Both the position numbers and the translations under genes were made by a program. Positions 14,606-24,019 of a DNA stretch of 44,950 nucleotides are shown one piece after another (position 1 is the stretch's first letter; every line of letters begins with the position of its first letter). The notes under the pieces are model-generated. The model did not search any database. It was not told where the DNA came from and worked only from the letters and a program-made list of their open reading frames with translations. The stretch comes from a virus: the IMG/VR virus record IMGVR_UViG_3300034069_000108, positions 1-44,950 of that record. One strand, given 5' to 3'.

Positions 14606-16585
14606 GTGGCTGCTCAGCTATTTCTTCTTCCCTTTCGACCGGCTATTGGTCCTAACAGCTTGGCAGTTCCGGGGGCGTCCCTGTTCTTCTACCAAACTAA
14701 GACGCTGGCTAAGGCCCCTGTCTACACCGACAGCACCCTCAACACTCCGCTGACCAACCCCGTGGTGGCTAACGCTGCGGGTGTTTGGCCTTCGATTTAC
14801 TTGGACACTACTCTCACTTACCGGGTGGTTCTAAAAGACAACAACGGTGTTACGCTTTCTGACGTTGATCCGTTTCTTCCTTCTGTCATTGACGGGCTTT
14901 CTGCCGACATTCTTGCAGCAGTTGCTTCGGCGACCTCCGCTGCGTCGTCTCTGAACGAACTGAACACGGACACTCGGGTGCTTCTCGAAAGCGTTTCGGG
15001 TTTCAAGATTGCTCAGCCGATCAGTCAGAATCCTAACGAAGTTCGAGTAACCCTGCCCAGTCTTGTAGACCAGCAGACGTTTGAAGTGCTGATCGCTCAG
15101 ACCAACACCTCGAACATGTACGCTACGGTTAACGGCAATCGACAAGGGATCAAGAAGCCGGGTACGGGTGCTAACCTTGCTGCTGGCGACTGGCCGGTTG
15201 GCTACATCGCTAACCTGACTTACTCGGCGTCGGGTGCAGGCTTCTTCCTGAACAGCATTCGTCAGTCGAGTTTTGTAACCAACAGCCAGCTGGGTTCGAT
15301 CACTACGGACGCTAGCGGGTCTCGCCTTGCGGTTGAAGCTCTGGTTGGTCTTCCGGCTGCACTGCCCAACGCGGGTAACGTAAACAGCTTGGTGGCCAAT
15401 CGTGCTAACCCTGCTGACGGTGAAACTTTTGAAGTCTTCATCACTGCGACCAACACCTCTCAGAACGTCACCCTCAAGGTCGGCAACATTTCCAACCGAG
15501 TAGTGGCTAATCCGGGTACGGGTGCTAATCCTGCTGTTGGAGACCTTGCTGCTGGCACGATACGTAAGTTCACCTACTCGTTTGCCGGGTCTGTGTTTTC
15601 TATGGGTGCCGCTCGGGTGCCTACGTTCAATGCTTCTGTCCCAGTAACTGCAAATCCGCAGGGTGGACAGGACGCAGACTTCCTCAACAACCCTTGGGGC
15701 ACGGTAGCTAACAGCGGCAACGGTTCGACGTCTACTCCGATCCCTAAGAATCTTGTGGTTATTGGATCGTCTAACGCTGCGGTCGGGTACGTGGACACTA
15801 ATCTGCTTCCGTCTAACGTGGCTGCTGCTGCGATCAGTTCGGGCTTTCCCGGTGGTGGCATTCAGGTGAATCCTGACAATCAGGCTACTCAGGGCGCTCC
15901 ATGGTCGGACGCTTCTCGTCAGCTTGGTCTGTCCACTCCGTTCATAAACGGCACGGCCAAGTGGGTTCTGTGTTTCTTCTGGATGAACGACGCACGAACT
16001 ATCTTTTACTGCGACTACGGTGGTGTTCAGTCTCAGTTTGGTTCGATGTACGGCATTGTGGACTACATTCGGTCCAAGGGTGCTGAGCCTGTTCTTGTGA
16101 CTGGGTTCCATCCTGACCCTCGTGCCAGCCCTTCGTGGAATGACACCAAGGCGCTTGATCCGTTTTACTTCACGGACAATCCTCAGCGGACTATGGTTTA
16201 TCCTGTCAGCAAGGCTGCTCCGGTAAGTCCAACGGTTGACATGGTTCCTGCGGCTACTGATGCGGACTTCATGGTTCAGCGTGACTGGACGGGACGAGGC
16301 ATCATTCGAACTGGGTACAAGCGAGTTTGGCACGTCAATCGGGCAATTCGTTTGTGTGCGGCTCAGAAGGGTTGTGCAGTTCTGGACCTTGAGTACAGCT
16401 CGTACCGTAACTGTCTTGAGTTGATCGGCGACAAGTCGGCGGACCTCGAACAGTACTACAGCACGGGCAACCCGCTTCACCCGAAAGCTCTTCTGTATCA
16501 GCAGGCTGTTGTGCCTGTCATTCAGGAGTGGGCTCGGGCACAGGCCAACATGCAGTTCCCTGAGTTTAGGATTTTCCGTGGATGA
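14606..16585 (+). CDS. tail fiber/spike (659 aa) with an internal tandem domain duplication and a tentative C-terminal SGNH/GDSL-like esterase domain
   Basis: N-terminal FFYQTKT..APVYTDSTLNTPLTNPVVANAAGVWPSIYL fiber-type motif. Repeats at aa 141-217 and 256-333 (TFEV.I..TNTS...PGTGAN). VVIGSSNA, WMND and NPLHP resemble SGNH blocks. Confidence 0.75.
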   Translation: MAAQLFLLPFRPAIGPNSLAVPGASLFFYQTKTLAKAPVYTDSTLNTPLTNPVVANAAGVWPSIYLDTTLTYRVVLKDNNGVTLSDVDPFLPSVIDGLSADILAAVASATSAASSLNELNTDTRVLLESVSGFKIAQPISQNPNEVRVTLPSLVDQQTFEVLIAQTNTSNMYATVNGNRQGIKKPGTGANLAAGDWPVGYIANLTYSASGAGFFLNSIRQSSFVTNSQLGSITTDASGSRLAVEALVGLPAALPNAGNVNSLVANRANPADGETFEVFITATNTSQNVTLKVGNISNRVVANPGTGANPAVGDLAAGTIRKFTYSFAGSVFSMGAARVPTFNASVPVTANPQGGQDADFLNNPWGTVANSGNGSTSTPIPKNLVVIGSSNAAVGYVDTNLLPSNVAAAAISSGFPGGGIQVNPDNQATQGAPWSDASRQLGLSTPFINGTAKWVLCFFWMNDARTIFYCDYGGVQSQFGSMYGIVDYIRSKGAEPVLVTGFHPDPRASPSWNDTKALDPFYFTDNPQRTMVYPVSKAAPVSPTVDMVPAATDADFMVQRDWTGRGIIRTGYKRVWHVNRAIRLCAAQKGCAVLDLEYSSYRNCLELIGDKSADLEQYYSTGNPLHPKALLYQQAVVPVIQEWARAQANMQFPEFRIFRG

Positions 16586-16998
16586 CACGACTGACTTGTG
16601 CTGAAACGTGCAAGAAAGTGACTCAACACTATCCTGACTATTTCACCTTTGACGTAGAGACTTGGTTTGAGAATCCTCTCAATCGAGCCTACGTTGAAGG
16701 GGAAAACATTGGGTTTGCTGAGTGGAAAGGGAACGACAACTTCTGGGTTCACTTCTGTTTCCACACTGCACGAGGCCGAGAGGCTATTAACGTAACAAAG
16801 CGAATGGTCAACGAACTGTTCAACGAAACTAACTTCAATTCTTGTGTTGGTCTAATTCATGAAGACAACAAGAAAGCTAGATGGCTGATCCGTCAGGTTG
16901 GTTTCAAATCTTTGGGTTTAAGTGACACTGAGAACGGTGTCTGTGAAATGTTTTATTTAACAAAGGAAGACGCTCGCGATGGGCTTCAGTGCAAATAA
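16582..16998 (+). CDS. hypothetical protein in the tail module, possibly GNAT-fold (138 aa)
   Basis: ATGA overlap with the fiber gene. HTARGREAI and ARWLIRQVGFKSLG look weakly like acetyltransferase motifs. The fold call is low confidence. Confidence 0.6.
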   Translation: MTRLTCAETCKKVTQHYPDYFTFDVETWFENPLNRAYVEGENIGFAEWKGNDNFWVHFCFHTARGREAINVTKRMVNELFNETNFNSCVGLIHEDNKKARWLIRQVGFKSLGLSDTENGVCEMFYLTKEDARDGLQCK

Positions 16999-17479
16999 AT
17001 CTAAGCAAAGCTCTGTCCAGCAGTCGTCGGGTTCAAGCCAGTCGAACAATCAGGCTTACCCTTTCTTGAAGGACGCTTATGCTCCTACGACCAGTCTGAC
17101 GGGTACGGCCAGTGGCGCTATTGCCAGCCTGCTTGGTCTCAATGGTGACGACGGACAGAACGAAGCCTTCAACAACTTCAAGGACAGCAGCGGCTACAAC
17201 TTCATTCAGGATCAAGGCATTCAAGGTATTGAGTCGAGTCAGGCAGCTAAGGGGTTGCTCGGCTCTGGCTCTACGTTGAAAGCGATCAGCGGCTACAGTT
17301 CGAATCTTGCTAAGTCGTTTCTTGACAGCTACCTCAGCAATCTTGGTGGTCTCAGCAACACTGGTCTTCAGGCTGGTCAGATCATTGGCGGTGCAGGCAG
17401 TCAGTCGAGCAGCGAACAGGAAAGCAGCGGTTCGTCGAAGGGCAGCAGCTTTGGTCTGTCTCTTAAAGGTAAGGGCTAA
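16979..17479 (+). CDS. G/S/Q-rich virion protein (166 aa), candidate internal/ejection protein
   Basis: ORF track; AAGGAAG SD. Low-complexity composition typical of internal proteins. Confidence 0.6.
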   Translation: MGFSANKSKQSSVQQSSGSSQSNNQAYPFLKDAYAPTTSLTGTASGAIASLLGLNGDDGQNEAFNNFKDSSGYNFIQDQGIQGIESSQAAKGLLGSGSTLKAISGYSSNLAKSFLDSYLSNLGGLSNTGLQAGQIIGGAGSQSSSEQESSGSSKGSSFGLSLKGKG

Positions 17480-17485
17480 ACAACA

Positions 17486-18535
17486 ATGGACCTCACGACT
17501 ACTTCTCCGGTGCAAGGGCAGCCTAGCCCGAACAGCAAAGTTTCTCCGCTGTTTGGCATCCCCACTCAGGAGCTTCCGGCTACCAGCGTAGTCAGCAACG
17601 ACGGTCCGACTACTGACTTGGATCGTCCTCAGCCTCAGAAGCACGGGGCCGTTCACAACATCCTTTCCACTCTTGGTGACTTTCTGCTTGACGCTACTGG
17701 CCTCAGCGGGGTCATCAAGACTCGCAGACTAAACGAAGCAATGCAGGGGTTTGACGAAGACCCTCAGGGCACTATCAGTCGAGTGAGTGGAATTGACTAC
17801 GGCGTCGGCTCCAAGCTTCGGGACCAGTACATTGACAATCAGCGTTTGGCTGCTGCTCAGGAAAGCACTGCTGAGGCTCGGGCTGCTCGTATTCAGTCGG
17901 CTCAGATTGTTCAGAATGATCGGACTCGACAGCGGGCTGCGGCAATGCTCGGAACGATGGCCAGTTGGGACGATGCCAAGCGGTCTGCTAACTACGGAAC
18001 TATGAGGGATCAGGTTCTGAAGTACGGGGCGGCTAACGGTCTCGACCTCAGTGCTGAACTTCCTTCGTCTTACGACGGCAACGCTCTTGACGGCTTCATC
18101 GACAGTGCTGTTCCGGTTGGTACTCAGCGGGCTCAGCGGCTCACGCAGGACAAGAATGAAGCAACTGCTCAGCTTGGTAAGGACCGCATTGAGGTCACTA
18201 AGCGTGGTCAGGACATTAGCTCGGCGGATCGTGCTGCTGGTCGTGCTGTCTCCATTCGGGGTCAGGACCTTAGCCACGAAGACCGGGTTGCGAGTCGTAC
18301 CTCTGCGGACGCTCGTGCTTCGTCTCGTGGTTCGAGTGTGAAGGCTGTTGGTCGCTACGTTGGTGACGACGGTAAGTACCGAGTGATGATGGCAGACGGA
18401 AGTGAACGCACTTCTAACGCCACTGTTCGTCCAAATGGCAACGGTGCTAAGATCAAGCCAGTAGACGGAATGCGACGTGTTGTTAACGGGCACACCTACG
18501 AGTTGCGTGGGGGCAAGCCTGTTCGAATTGACTAA
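17486..18535 (+). CDS. candidate internal virion/ejection protein (349 aa)
   Basis: Position between the fiber genes and the large internal protein. A/R/Q-rich helical sequence. Confidence 0.65.
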   Translation: MDLTTTSPVQGQPSPNSKVSPLFGIPTQELPATSVVSNDGPTTDLDRPQPQKHGAVHNILSTLGDFLLDATGLSGVIKTRRLNEAMQGFDEDPQGTISRVSGIDYGVGSKLRDQYIDNQRLAAAQESTAEARAARIQSAQIVQNDRTRQRAAAMLGTMASWDDAKRSANYGTMRDQVLKYGAANGLDLSAELPSSYDGNALDGFIDSAVPVGTQRAQRLTQDKNEATAQLGKDRIEVTKRGQDISSADRAAGRAVSIRGQDLSHEDRVASRTSADARASSRGSSVKAVGRYVGDDGKYRVMMADGSERTSNATVRPNGNGAKIKPVDGMRRVVNGHTYELRGGKPVRID

Positions 18536-18554
18536 TTCTTAAAGGACTTAAACT

Positions 18555-21497
18555 TTGGCTGACGAAATTTCGATGGAACAGTTTCTTGCAGGTACGGACG
18601 CTGCGTCTGTCCCTGAGAAGAAGCTTTCCCCGTATCAGAAGGCCCCTTGGTACTCGATGTACCGTGAGCTGAAGGACAATGCTGTTCCTTTGGCTGACGC
18701 CCCTACCGACCCTGAACAGCTTGACCAGCACTATGCTCTTGCAGCTAAGCAGGCTTACGAACGTCAACAGCAGGCCCCGTCTAATCGCTTCTCAGAGGCA
18801 GTAGACCGTCAGGGTGGTTGGGGTATCAGTCCTGAAACTAGGGCGTCCCTTGGGGCTGACGACAGCGCTGGGGGCACTCTTGTCGACCAAGTAGTCCGAC
18901 CTCTTCGTAACGCTCCGGCCAACATTGCAGACCTTGGGGCTCGGGCCTTGCAGGGTTTGCAGGTTGGCTTTGAAGGAACGGCCAAGACGGTTGACGACGT
19001 AGTTGACTCGACTGGCATTAACGACATTGTTCGCAAGTACACGGGCCGGGAGTTCCATCCGGGTGACGCTGCTCTTGCTCTTGCTGAGGCGTTTCCTGCG
19101 GGTGGTGCCGAGGTTGGTGGTCTTGCTGCTAACTTCTCTCGTCCTAAGGGAAGTGTGCTTACTGAAGAAATGCAGGCTCGTTACAACAACGAAGCTAAGG
19201 CTCTGTTCGACTCGGGTGCTACCAAAGAACAGATGAACGCTTGGGCCAAGGACCGGGGCATGACTCCGTTCAGTGAAGACCTTGACAAAGCAATCGCTGC
19301 CCGTCAGGTTGAAGGCCCGGCTCTTCCGGAAGGTGTCCCTGCTGCTCAGGTTGCAGACGACGTAACCAAGATGCAGGGGCTGGCTGACGAAGCTGCTAAC
19401 TTCAAGTCGACTGCGTCTGCTGAGCCTAAAGCCACGGACCTGTTTCCCACTGACGAAAGTCGAATGGCGGACGCAGAAGCGTGGGCTAAGAAGCTTGGCG
19501 CTCCTGAAACTCCGGCGGCCCCTGTTGGTGAAGCCAGTCTTCCTGTTGCGGAGGACGCAGGGACGCTTAGTCGTAAGCAGGCTGACGCTTTGTTCAAGCA
19601 GGAAACCGCTGCTCCTGAGGTTCAGAATCCTAAGGAATGGGGCAAGTCCCTTGAAGAACAGGCGAAGCAGTTCACTGAACAGAAGCAGGCTGAGCCGGGT
19701 CCTGTGTCGGCTACGGGCGACCTTTCTGCGGAAGCTGCTCAGGTTGACAATGCGGTTGCTTCAGAAGCTCCTGCTGCTGCTCCCACGGAAGACGTAGTTA
19801 GCCGACTGACTTCGTCCCTTAATGATGCAGCTAAGTTGCAGGCTACTGTCCAGCGTCGTCTCACGTCTCAGGGACGTCGGGATCAGATTGCTCGGGCTCG
19901 TGAAGCCAATGCGGCTGCGGGCGGTGGTGAAGCAGGAATGCGTGCTTCTCTGGCTGCTATGAAGGGTCAGCTTCCCAAGGCTACCTTCGAGCCGGTCCGT
20001 GGGGACTTCACCCCTGAAGAGCTGGACGGTCTGTTCAAAAGCTTGGACACTCATCCGGACTTGCAGGGCTTCGCTGCGACTAACGCTAAGGTCGCTCTTG
20101 CCAAGCTGCTCGACGGTCAGGTTCCTGCTCCTCATGAAATCAAGCTTCTGGACCGAGCCTTTCCGAAGGAGTTTATTGAAGCTGCCTCTAAGAATCGTAA
20201 CACCACTGAAAAGGTGCTAGACGCTGCTGGCAACGTTCTGAATCTTCCTCGCAGTCTCATGTCTACGTTTGACTTGTCTGCTCCATTCCGTCAGGGTGTT
20301 TTTCTTGTCGGACGCAAGGAGTTCTGGAAAAGTTTTTCCACGATGTTCAAGGCGTTCGGGGATCAGAAGGCTTACGACGGACTGGTTGAAAGCATTCGGC
20401 AGCATCCTAACCATCCTTGGATGGAAGAAGCCGGGCTGGCTGTTGACCACGGAAGCACGGGCCTCACCTCGCGAGAGGAAGCGTTCATGTCTCAGTGGGC
20501 AGAGCATCTTCCCGGCAGCACCAAGCCTATTGTTGGTCCTGTGGTTAAGGCTTACAACAACACGGCTGGTCGCATGGTCAAAGCGTCGGAACGGGCTTAC
20601 TCGGGGTTCCTTTACAAGGTCCGGGCAGACACGTTCAACACGATCTTGGAACAGACGAAGGCAGCAGGAATTGACATAGTCAACGACCCCAAGGCAGTCA
20701 AGGACATTGCTTCTTTTGTTAACAATGCAACTGGTCGTGGTTCGCTGGGTCCTCTTTCTCAGGCTGGTCCAGTTCTGAACGGTCTGTTCTTCTCTCCTCG
20801 TCTCATTGCTTCTCGTGCCACTCTTCTGAACCCTGCTTACTACGCCACTCTTTCTCCGGTTGTTAGAAAGGAAGCCATCAAGTCCCTTCTGGCATTTGGT
20901 GGACTGGCAAGCACTGTCACGGGTCTGGCAGCGGCGGGCGGGGCCAGTGTTGAAACCGACCCGAGGTCCTCAGACTTCGCTAAGATTCGTGACGGTAAAA
21001 CCCGCTACGACATTCTTGGCGGTTTTGGTCAGTACCTTACCCTTGGTGCAAGGCTGGCAACGAACGAAACTAAGAACATGAAGGGTGAAGTGCAGACGAT
21101 GGGTCAGAGGTACGGAAGTGCCAATCGCCTAGACGCTGTGATTCGCTTCGCAACTAACAAAGAAAGTCCGGTGGCTTCGTTTGTCACTGACTATCTTCGT
21201 GGTAAGAACGCCGTAGGTGAACCCTTCGAGGCTCGCAAGGCAGCGTTGCAGCGTATGCTTCCACTGTTCTGGCAGGACTTGGCTGACGTAACTAAGGACG
21301 AAGGTCTGACGGGTTCGATGAAGATTGCTCCCGGCCTATTTGGTGTCGGCGTTCAGACCTACGAAGAGCCTGTTTCTAAGGCGGACTTCTTGTCCGGTAA
21401 ACCTGTTGAGAACACCCCGGCCTCAGAAGCTCCGGCACCTGAAGTTAAGGACAGCATCAGCATGGACGAATTTCTCAAAGGAAGTGAAGTAAAATGA
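18555..21497 (+). CDS. large internal virion/ejection protein (980 aa)
   Basis: Largest ORF, at the end of the structural arm just before the lysis genes. Ala-rich N-terminal half. I recognise no catalytic motif. Confidence 0.7.
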   Translation: MADEISMEQFLAGTDAASVPEKKLSPYQKAPWYSMYRELKDNAVPLADAPTDPEQLDQHYALAAKQAYERQQQAPSNRFSEAVDRQGGWGISPETRASLGADDSAGGTLVDQVVRPLRNAPANIADLGARALQGLQVGFEGTAKTVDDVVDSTGINDIVRKYTGREFHPGDAALALAEAFPAGGAEVGGLAANFSRPKGSVLTEEMQARYNNEAKALFDSGATKEQMNAWAKDRGMTPFSEDLDKAIAARQVEGPALPEGVPAAQVADDVTKMQGLADEAANFKSTASAEPKATDLFPTDESRMADAEAWAKKLGAPETPAAPVGEASLPVAEDAGTLSRKQADALFKQETAAPEVQNPKEWGKSLEEQAKQFTEQKQAEPGPVSATGDLSAEAAQVDNAVASEAPAAAPTEDVVSRLTSSLNDAAKLQATVQRRLTSQGRRDQIARAREANAAAGGGEAGMRASLAAMKGQLPKATFEPVRGDFTPEELDGLFKSLDTHPDLQGFAATNAKVALAKLLDGQVPAPHEIKLLDRAFPKEFIEAASKNRNTTEKVLDAAGNVLNLPRSLMSTFDLSAPFRQGVFLVGRKEFWKSFSTMFKAFGDQKAYDGLVESIRQHPNHPWMEEAGLAVDHGSTGLTSREEAFMSQWAEHLPGSTKPIVGPVVKAYNNTAGRMVKASERAYSGFLYKVRADTFNTILEQTKAAGIDIVNDPKAVKDIASFVNNATGRGSLGPLSQAGPVLNGLFFSPRLIASRATLLNPAYYATLSPVVRKEAIKSLLAFGGLASTVTGLAAAGGASVETDPRSSDFAKIRDGKTRYDILGGFGQYLTLGARLATNETKNMKGEVQTMGQRYGSANRLDAVIRFATNKESPVASFVTDYLRGKNAVGEPFEARKAALQRMLPLFWQDLADVTKDEGLTGSMKIAPGLFGVGVQTYEEPVSKADFLSGKPVENTPASEAPAPEVKDSISMDEFLKGSEVK

Positions 21498-21958
21498 AAG
21501 CTTCGGGTAAAGTAATTGCACTAATTAAAGACAGCGAAGGTTTGTCTCACCTACGGAAGGACGGCCTCGTTGAATCCTACGCAGACGCAGCTTACGGCTG
21601 GAAGGTCCCTACGATTGGGTGGGGATCGACGGGTTCTGACATTGTTAAGGGCACGGTCTGGACTGTGTCGCAATGTGAAGCCCGCCTTCTCAAGCACATC
21701 GAGTCAATGTACGACGACATCTTGGACGCCCTTGGTGACGCTAAGACTACTCAGGGCCAGTTCGACTCCTTTGTTGACTTTGTTTACAACCTTGGGATTG
21801 GGAACTTTAAAAGCTCGACCCTTCTCAAGCTGCACAAAGCAGGTAAGTACAAGGAAGCAGGAGACCAATTTATTCGTTGGAACAAAGCCAACGGCAAGGT
21901 CCTCGGCGGCCTAACCAAGCGGCGTCTTGCAGAGCGGGACCTTTACCTGAATGGCTAA
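21494..21958 (+). CDS. endolysin, GH24 (T4/P22 gp19-type) lysozyme
   Basis: DSEGLSHLR...YADAAYGWKVPTIGWGSTG...QGQFDSFVDFVYNLGIGNFKSSTLL...RWNKANGKVLGGLTKRRLAERDLY aligns by eye with P22 gp19. Confidence 0.92.
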   Translation: MKASGKVIALIKDSEGLSHLRKDGLVESYADAAYGWKVPTIGWGSTGSDIVKGTVWTVSQCEARLLKHIESMYDDILDALGDAKTTQGQFDSFVDFVYNLGIGNFKSSTLLKLHKAGKYKEAGDQFIRWNKANGKVLGGLTKRRLAERDLYLNG

Positions 21959-22232
21959 CAGCCTCGTCGTAGAAAGGTTCGCCACTCCTCAGTTCGTTAT
22001 TTCGTTTATGCTGGTGAGCTTGTTCACTGGCGCGTACGTTATGCACCCCAACGACGGCACTCTAAACGGTGCAATCATCGCAGCTTTCTCGGCAGCTTGG
22101 GGGTACTACATCGGCAGCAGCAAAGGAACTAACACTCAGGCAGACAATCTCGGAAAGGTTCTCGACCTAGCTAACAGCCCCAAGAAAGTGGAGGTGACAA
22201 ATACTGAAAGCAATCCAGTCCCTGTGACTTAA
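21951..22232 (+). CDS. holin candidate, two transmembrane helices (93 aa)
   Basis: Overlaps the endolysin stop. TM1 FVISFMLVSLFTGAYVM, TM2 GAIIAAFSAAWGYYIG, hydrophilic tail. Confidence 0.6.
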   Translation: MANSLVVERFATPQFVISFMLVSLFTGAYVMHPNDGTLNGAIIAAFSAAWGYYIGSSKGTNTQADNLGKVLDLANSPKKVEVTNTESNPVPVT

Positions 22233-22293
22233 AAACAAAAAAACCCCGCTCAGCAGTTACCGTAAAAGGTTTCCGCTGGCGGGGTTTTTTTGT
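22233..22293. terminator. bidirectional rho-independent terminator at the convergence point of the two arms
   Basis: An A-tract, then stem ccccgc(t)cagc / gctggcgggg (10 bp, one bulge, 20-nt loop), then a T7 tract. Confidence 0.8.
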
Positions 22294-22425
22294 TTAGTTC
22301 TTGTAAACGTGCTGATCTATCAAGTCGATAATAGTAGCAAAGTACGTAATGTCTTGCTCATTAACGAAGTAGTCCATTCGTTGCAGATATTCCTGCATCA
22401 GGAAAAACTTTTGCTCTTCAGTCAT
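22294..22425 (-). CDS. hypothetical acidic protein, 43 aa (MTEEQKFFLMQEYLQRMDYF...); last gene of the leftward arm
   Basis: Hand translation. ATG 1 nt after the i-spanin stop; the ORF ends at the terminator. Confidence 0.45.
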   Translation of the reverse strand: MTEEQKFFLMQEYLQRMDYFVNEQDITYFATIIDLIDQHVYKN

Positions 22426-22426
22426 T

Positions 22427-22984
22427 TCAGTTTCCGTTAACTGGGGTCTCTTCCTTGGGCTGGGCGGCAACGACCTGCTTCCAGAACTCTTGCCACTCGC
22501 TTGCCTTTATGGTGTTTTCGGAGCAGACGTAGAGGTCATTGGAGGGGACAGGAATGAGGGCTGCCTCACTGGTTCCAATAGAGCCGACGGCGGAGAAGGA
22601 AGACGGGGATAAACCGGCTGCTGCGCCACCACCTGAATTGGCTGAACGGGCACCTGCTTGGTTGTGCTGCACGCCGTCAATGTAACCAGCGACAATAGAG
22701 TTAGCAGCTTTAAGCTTCGCATTGTAGTCCTTACTCGTTTGGTCAACAACCGTCTGCCACTTACGTTCAGTTGCTAGAACAGTTGCCTTGTTGTTGTCCG
22801 CAGCCTGTGCCGCCGCCGCCTTGTACGTTGCCTGATCGGCCACCCGTGCGTTAGCACAGATCGTAGCTTGGTCTCGCCAGTGCGTCACTTTGCTGTTAAG
22901 ATGTACACTCAGCAGTGCCAGAGCGGCGATGACCCCGAAAGGCCACCACCGTCGAACAAACTGAGCAATCAAAACCCAACTCAT
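22427..22984 (-). CDS. i-spanin (Rz-like), N-terminal TM anchor plus coiled-coil periplasmic domain
   Basis: MSWVLIAQFVRRWWPFGVIAALALLSV then an A/Q/K-rich helix. Contains an embedded +1-frame lipoprotein ORF. The ORF track extends to a GTG at 23041 inside the upstream gene. Confidence 0.7.
   Translation of the reverse strand: MSWVLIAQFVRRWWPFGVIAALALLSVHLNSKVTHWRDQATICANARVADQATYKAAAAQAADNNKATVLATERKWQTVVDQTSKDYNAKLKAANSIVAGYIDGVQHNQAGARSANSGGGAAAGLSPSSFSAVGSIGTSEAALIPVPSNDLYVCSENTIKASEWQEFWKQVVAAQPKEETPVNGN
22507..22722 (-). CDS. o-spanin (Rz1-like) lipoprotein fully embedded in the i-spanin gene
   Basis: MRSLKLLTLLSLVTLTAC|STTK has a signal peptide plus an LTAC lipobox. The mature part is proline-rich. 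Alternative frame of 22427..22984. Confidence 0.75.
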   Translation of the reverse strand: MRSLKLLTLLSLVTLTACSTTKQVPVQPIQVVAQQPVYPRLPSPPSALLEPVRQPSFLSPPMTSTSAPKTP

Positions 22985-23025
22985 ATTATTTGTTGTCCAG
23001 TCGTAAATTGTTAACAACGCAAACT

Positions 23026-23469
23026 TTAAGAGGCTAGCCACTTGTCTACGTCGTCAAACGAAGTTAGGATGTTTGGAATGAACTTGTACATCACGTCCCA
23101 ACGAGGGTCAGCACCTTCCTCAAGAAGGATCGCCGTGTTACACCCTGCACCATAGGCCGCATACGTAATCTCCATGTGACCAGACTTACCGGCTGGAAGG
23201 ACAAGAAGCGCATGAGTGGCAGTGTCGAGATGATGCTTGTCAAACTGAAAGACGTGTTCCGCCGCGTACCCATTAAGGGCAGTGACGTAAGCCTGACTGT
23301 CAGTTCCGTGTTTCGCCTGTTCGTAAGTCTTCCAGTAGTCGTCGGCTTCAGGTCCCGCAGAGTACCAGTCGTCAAACACTTCAATGTTAACGTGGTTCTC
23401 ACGGACCCTTGCAGCCAGCTCGGGAACAGCCTTATTACGAAGACTGCCAATTAGGTAAAGCTTACTCAC
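23026..23469 (-). CDS. nucleoside 2-deoxyribosyltransferase-like / dNMP N-glycosidase-like protein (147 aa)
   Basis: KLYLIGSLRN N-terminus and ALLVLPAGKSGHMEITYAAYGAG resemble the NDT/Rcl superfamily core. Motif-level call only. Confidence 0.55.
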   Translation of the reverse strand: MSKLYLIGSLRNKAVPELAARVRENHVNIEVFDDWYSAGPEADDYWKTYEQAKHGTDSQAYVTALNGYAAEHVFQFDKHHLDTATHALLVLPAGKSGHMEITYAAYGAGCNTAILLEEGADPRWDVMYKFIPNILTSFDDVDKWLAS

Positions 23470-23687
23470 GAAGGATTATGTTCCTCATTGTTCTGCATCG
23501 ACTGAATGAGAGAAGTAAAGAAAGCCGACCACAAGCCACTGTTTGTTAGCACTTCGTCAATCTTAGCTGCGGTTGCGTCGTCAATAGGGAACTCCAACAC
23601 CAAGCCGTCAGGAGCACTGACAAGAAGAGTAGTTGGGCCGTCCTCGGTAAGAACCAAGTAAGGCAGATTGATGTTCTTCTGTTCCAT
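23466..23687 (-). CDS. hypothetical protein, 73 aa
   Basis: The ATG at 23687 follows the upstream stop by 1 nt (TAACATG junction). The ORF track shows a longer version. Confidence 0.55.
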   Translation of the reverse strand: MEQKNINLPYLVLTEDGPTTLLVSAPDGLVLEFPIDDATAAKIDEVLTNSGLWSAFFTSLIQSMQNNEEHNPS

Positions 23688-23688
23688 G

Positions 23689-23787
23689 TTAGTCGCTCCA
23701 ACCTTCATCAAAACTCACTACCCAATCGTAAACAGCCTGAAGTGGCCAACCCTGATCGAATAGTAGATTAATATCTTCGACGCTCAT
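23689..23787 (-). CDS. hypothetical small acidic protein, 32 aa (MSVEDINLLFDQGWPLQAVYDW...)
   Basis: Hand translation. TAACATG junctions on both sides. Confidence 0.35.
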   Translation of the reverse strand: MSVEDINLLFDQGWPLQAVYDWVVSFDEGWSD

Positions 23788-23788
23788 G

Positions 23789-24019
23789 TTAGTTCACCGT
23801 CTTGTTGAGTTCGCCACCCGTTGCAGGTCGCAGAGGAGTTGCCAGCGGTTCAGGCTGACTGAGAGTATTGTAGTCGCCACACGAAATGTGAATCATCTCA
23901 TGAGTGAAAACGTCCGACTCTTCGTCCTTAACAAAGGCCGTGTTGATGTCAACGCCTGCTTCAATCAACTGAAGAAAGGTCGTCAACTTCGTCTGGTCGT
24001 CCATTTCGGCAATATTCAT
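23789..24019 (-). CDS. hypothetical protein, 76 aa (MNIAEMDDQTKL...)
   Basis: ORF track 23789..24055. The ATG at 24019 is preferred. Overlaps the 3' end of 23961..24167, so one of the two is uncertain. Confidence 0.45.
   Translation of the reverse strand: MNIAEMDDQTKLTTFLQLIEAGVDINTAFVKDEESDVFTHEMIHISCGDYNTLSQPEPLATPLRPATGGELNKTVN

Noticed and set aside
22985-23041. The upstream GTG start (23041) for the i-spanin.
   Set aside because: It lies inside the preceding gene, and the extra residues precede the TM anchor. The ATG at 22984 is simpler, but the choice remains uncertain.
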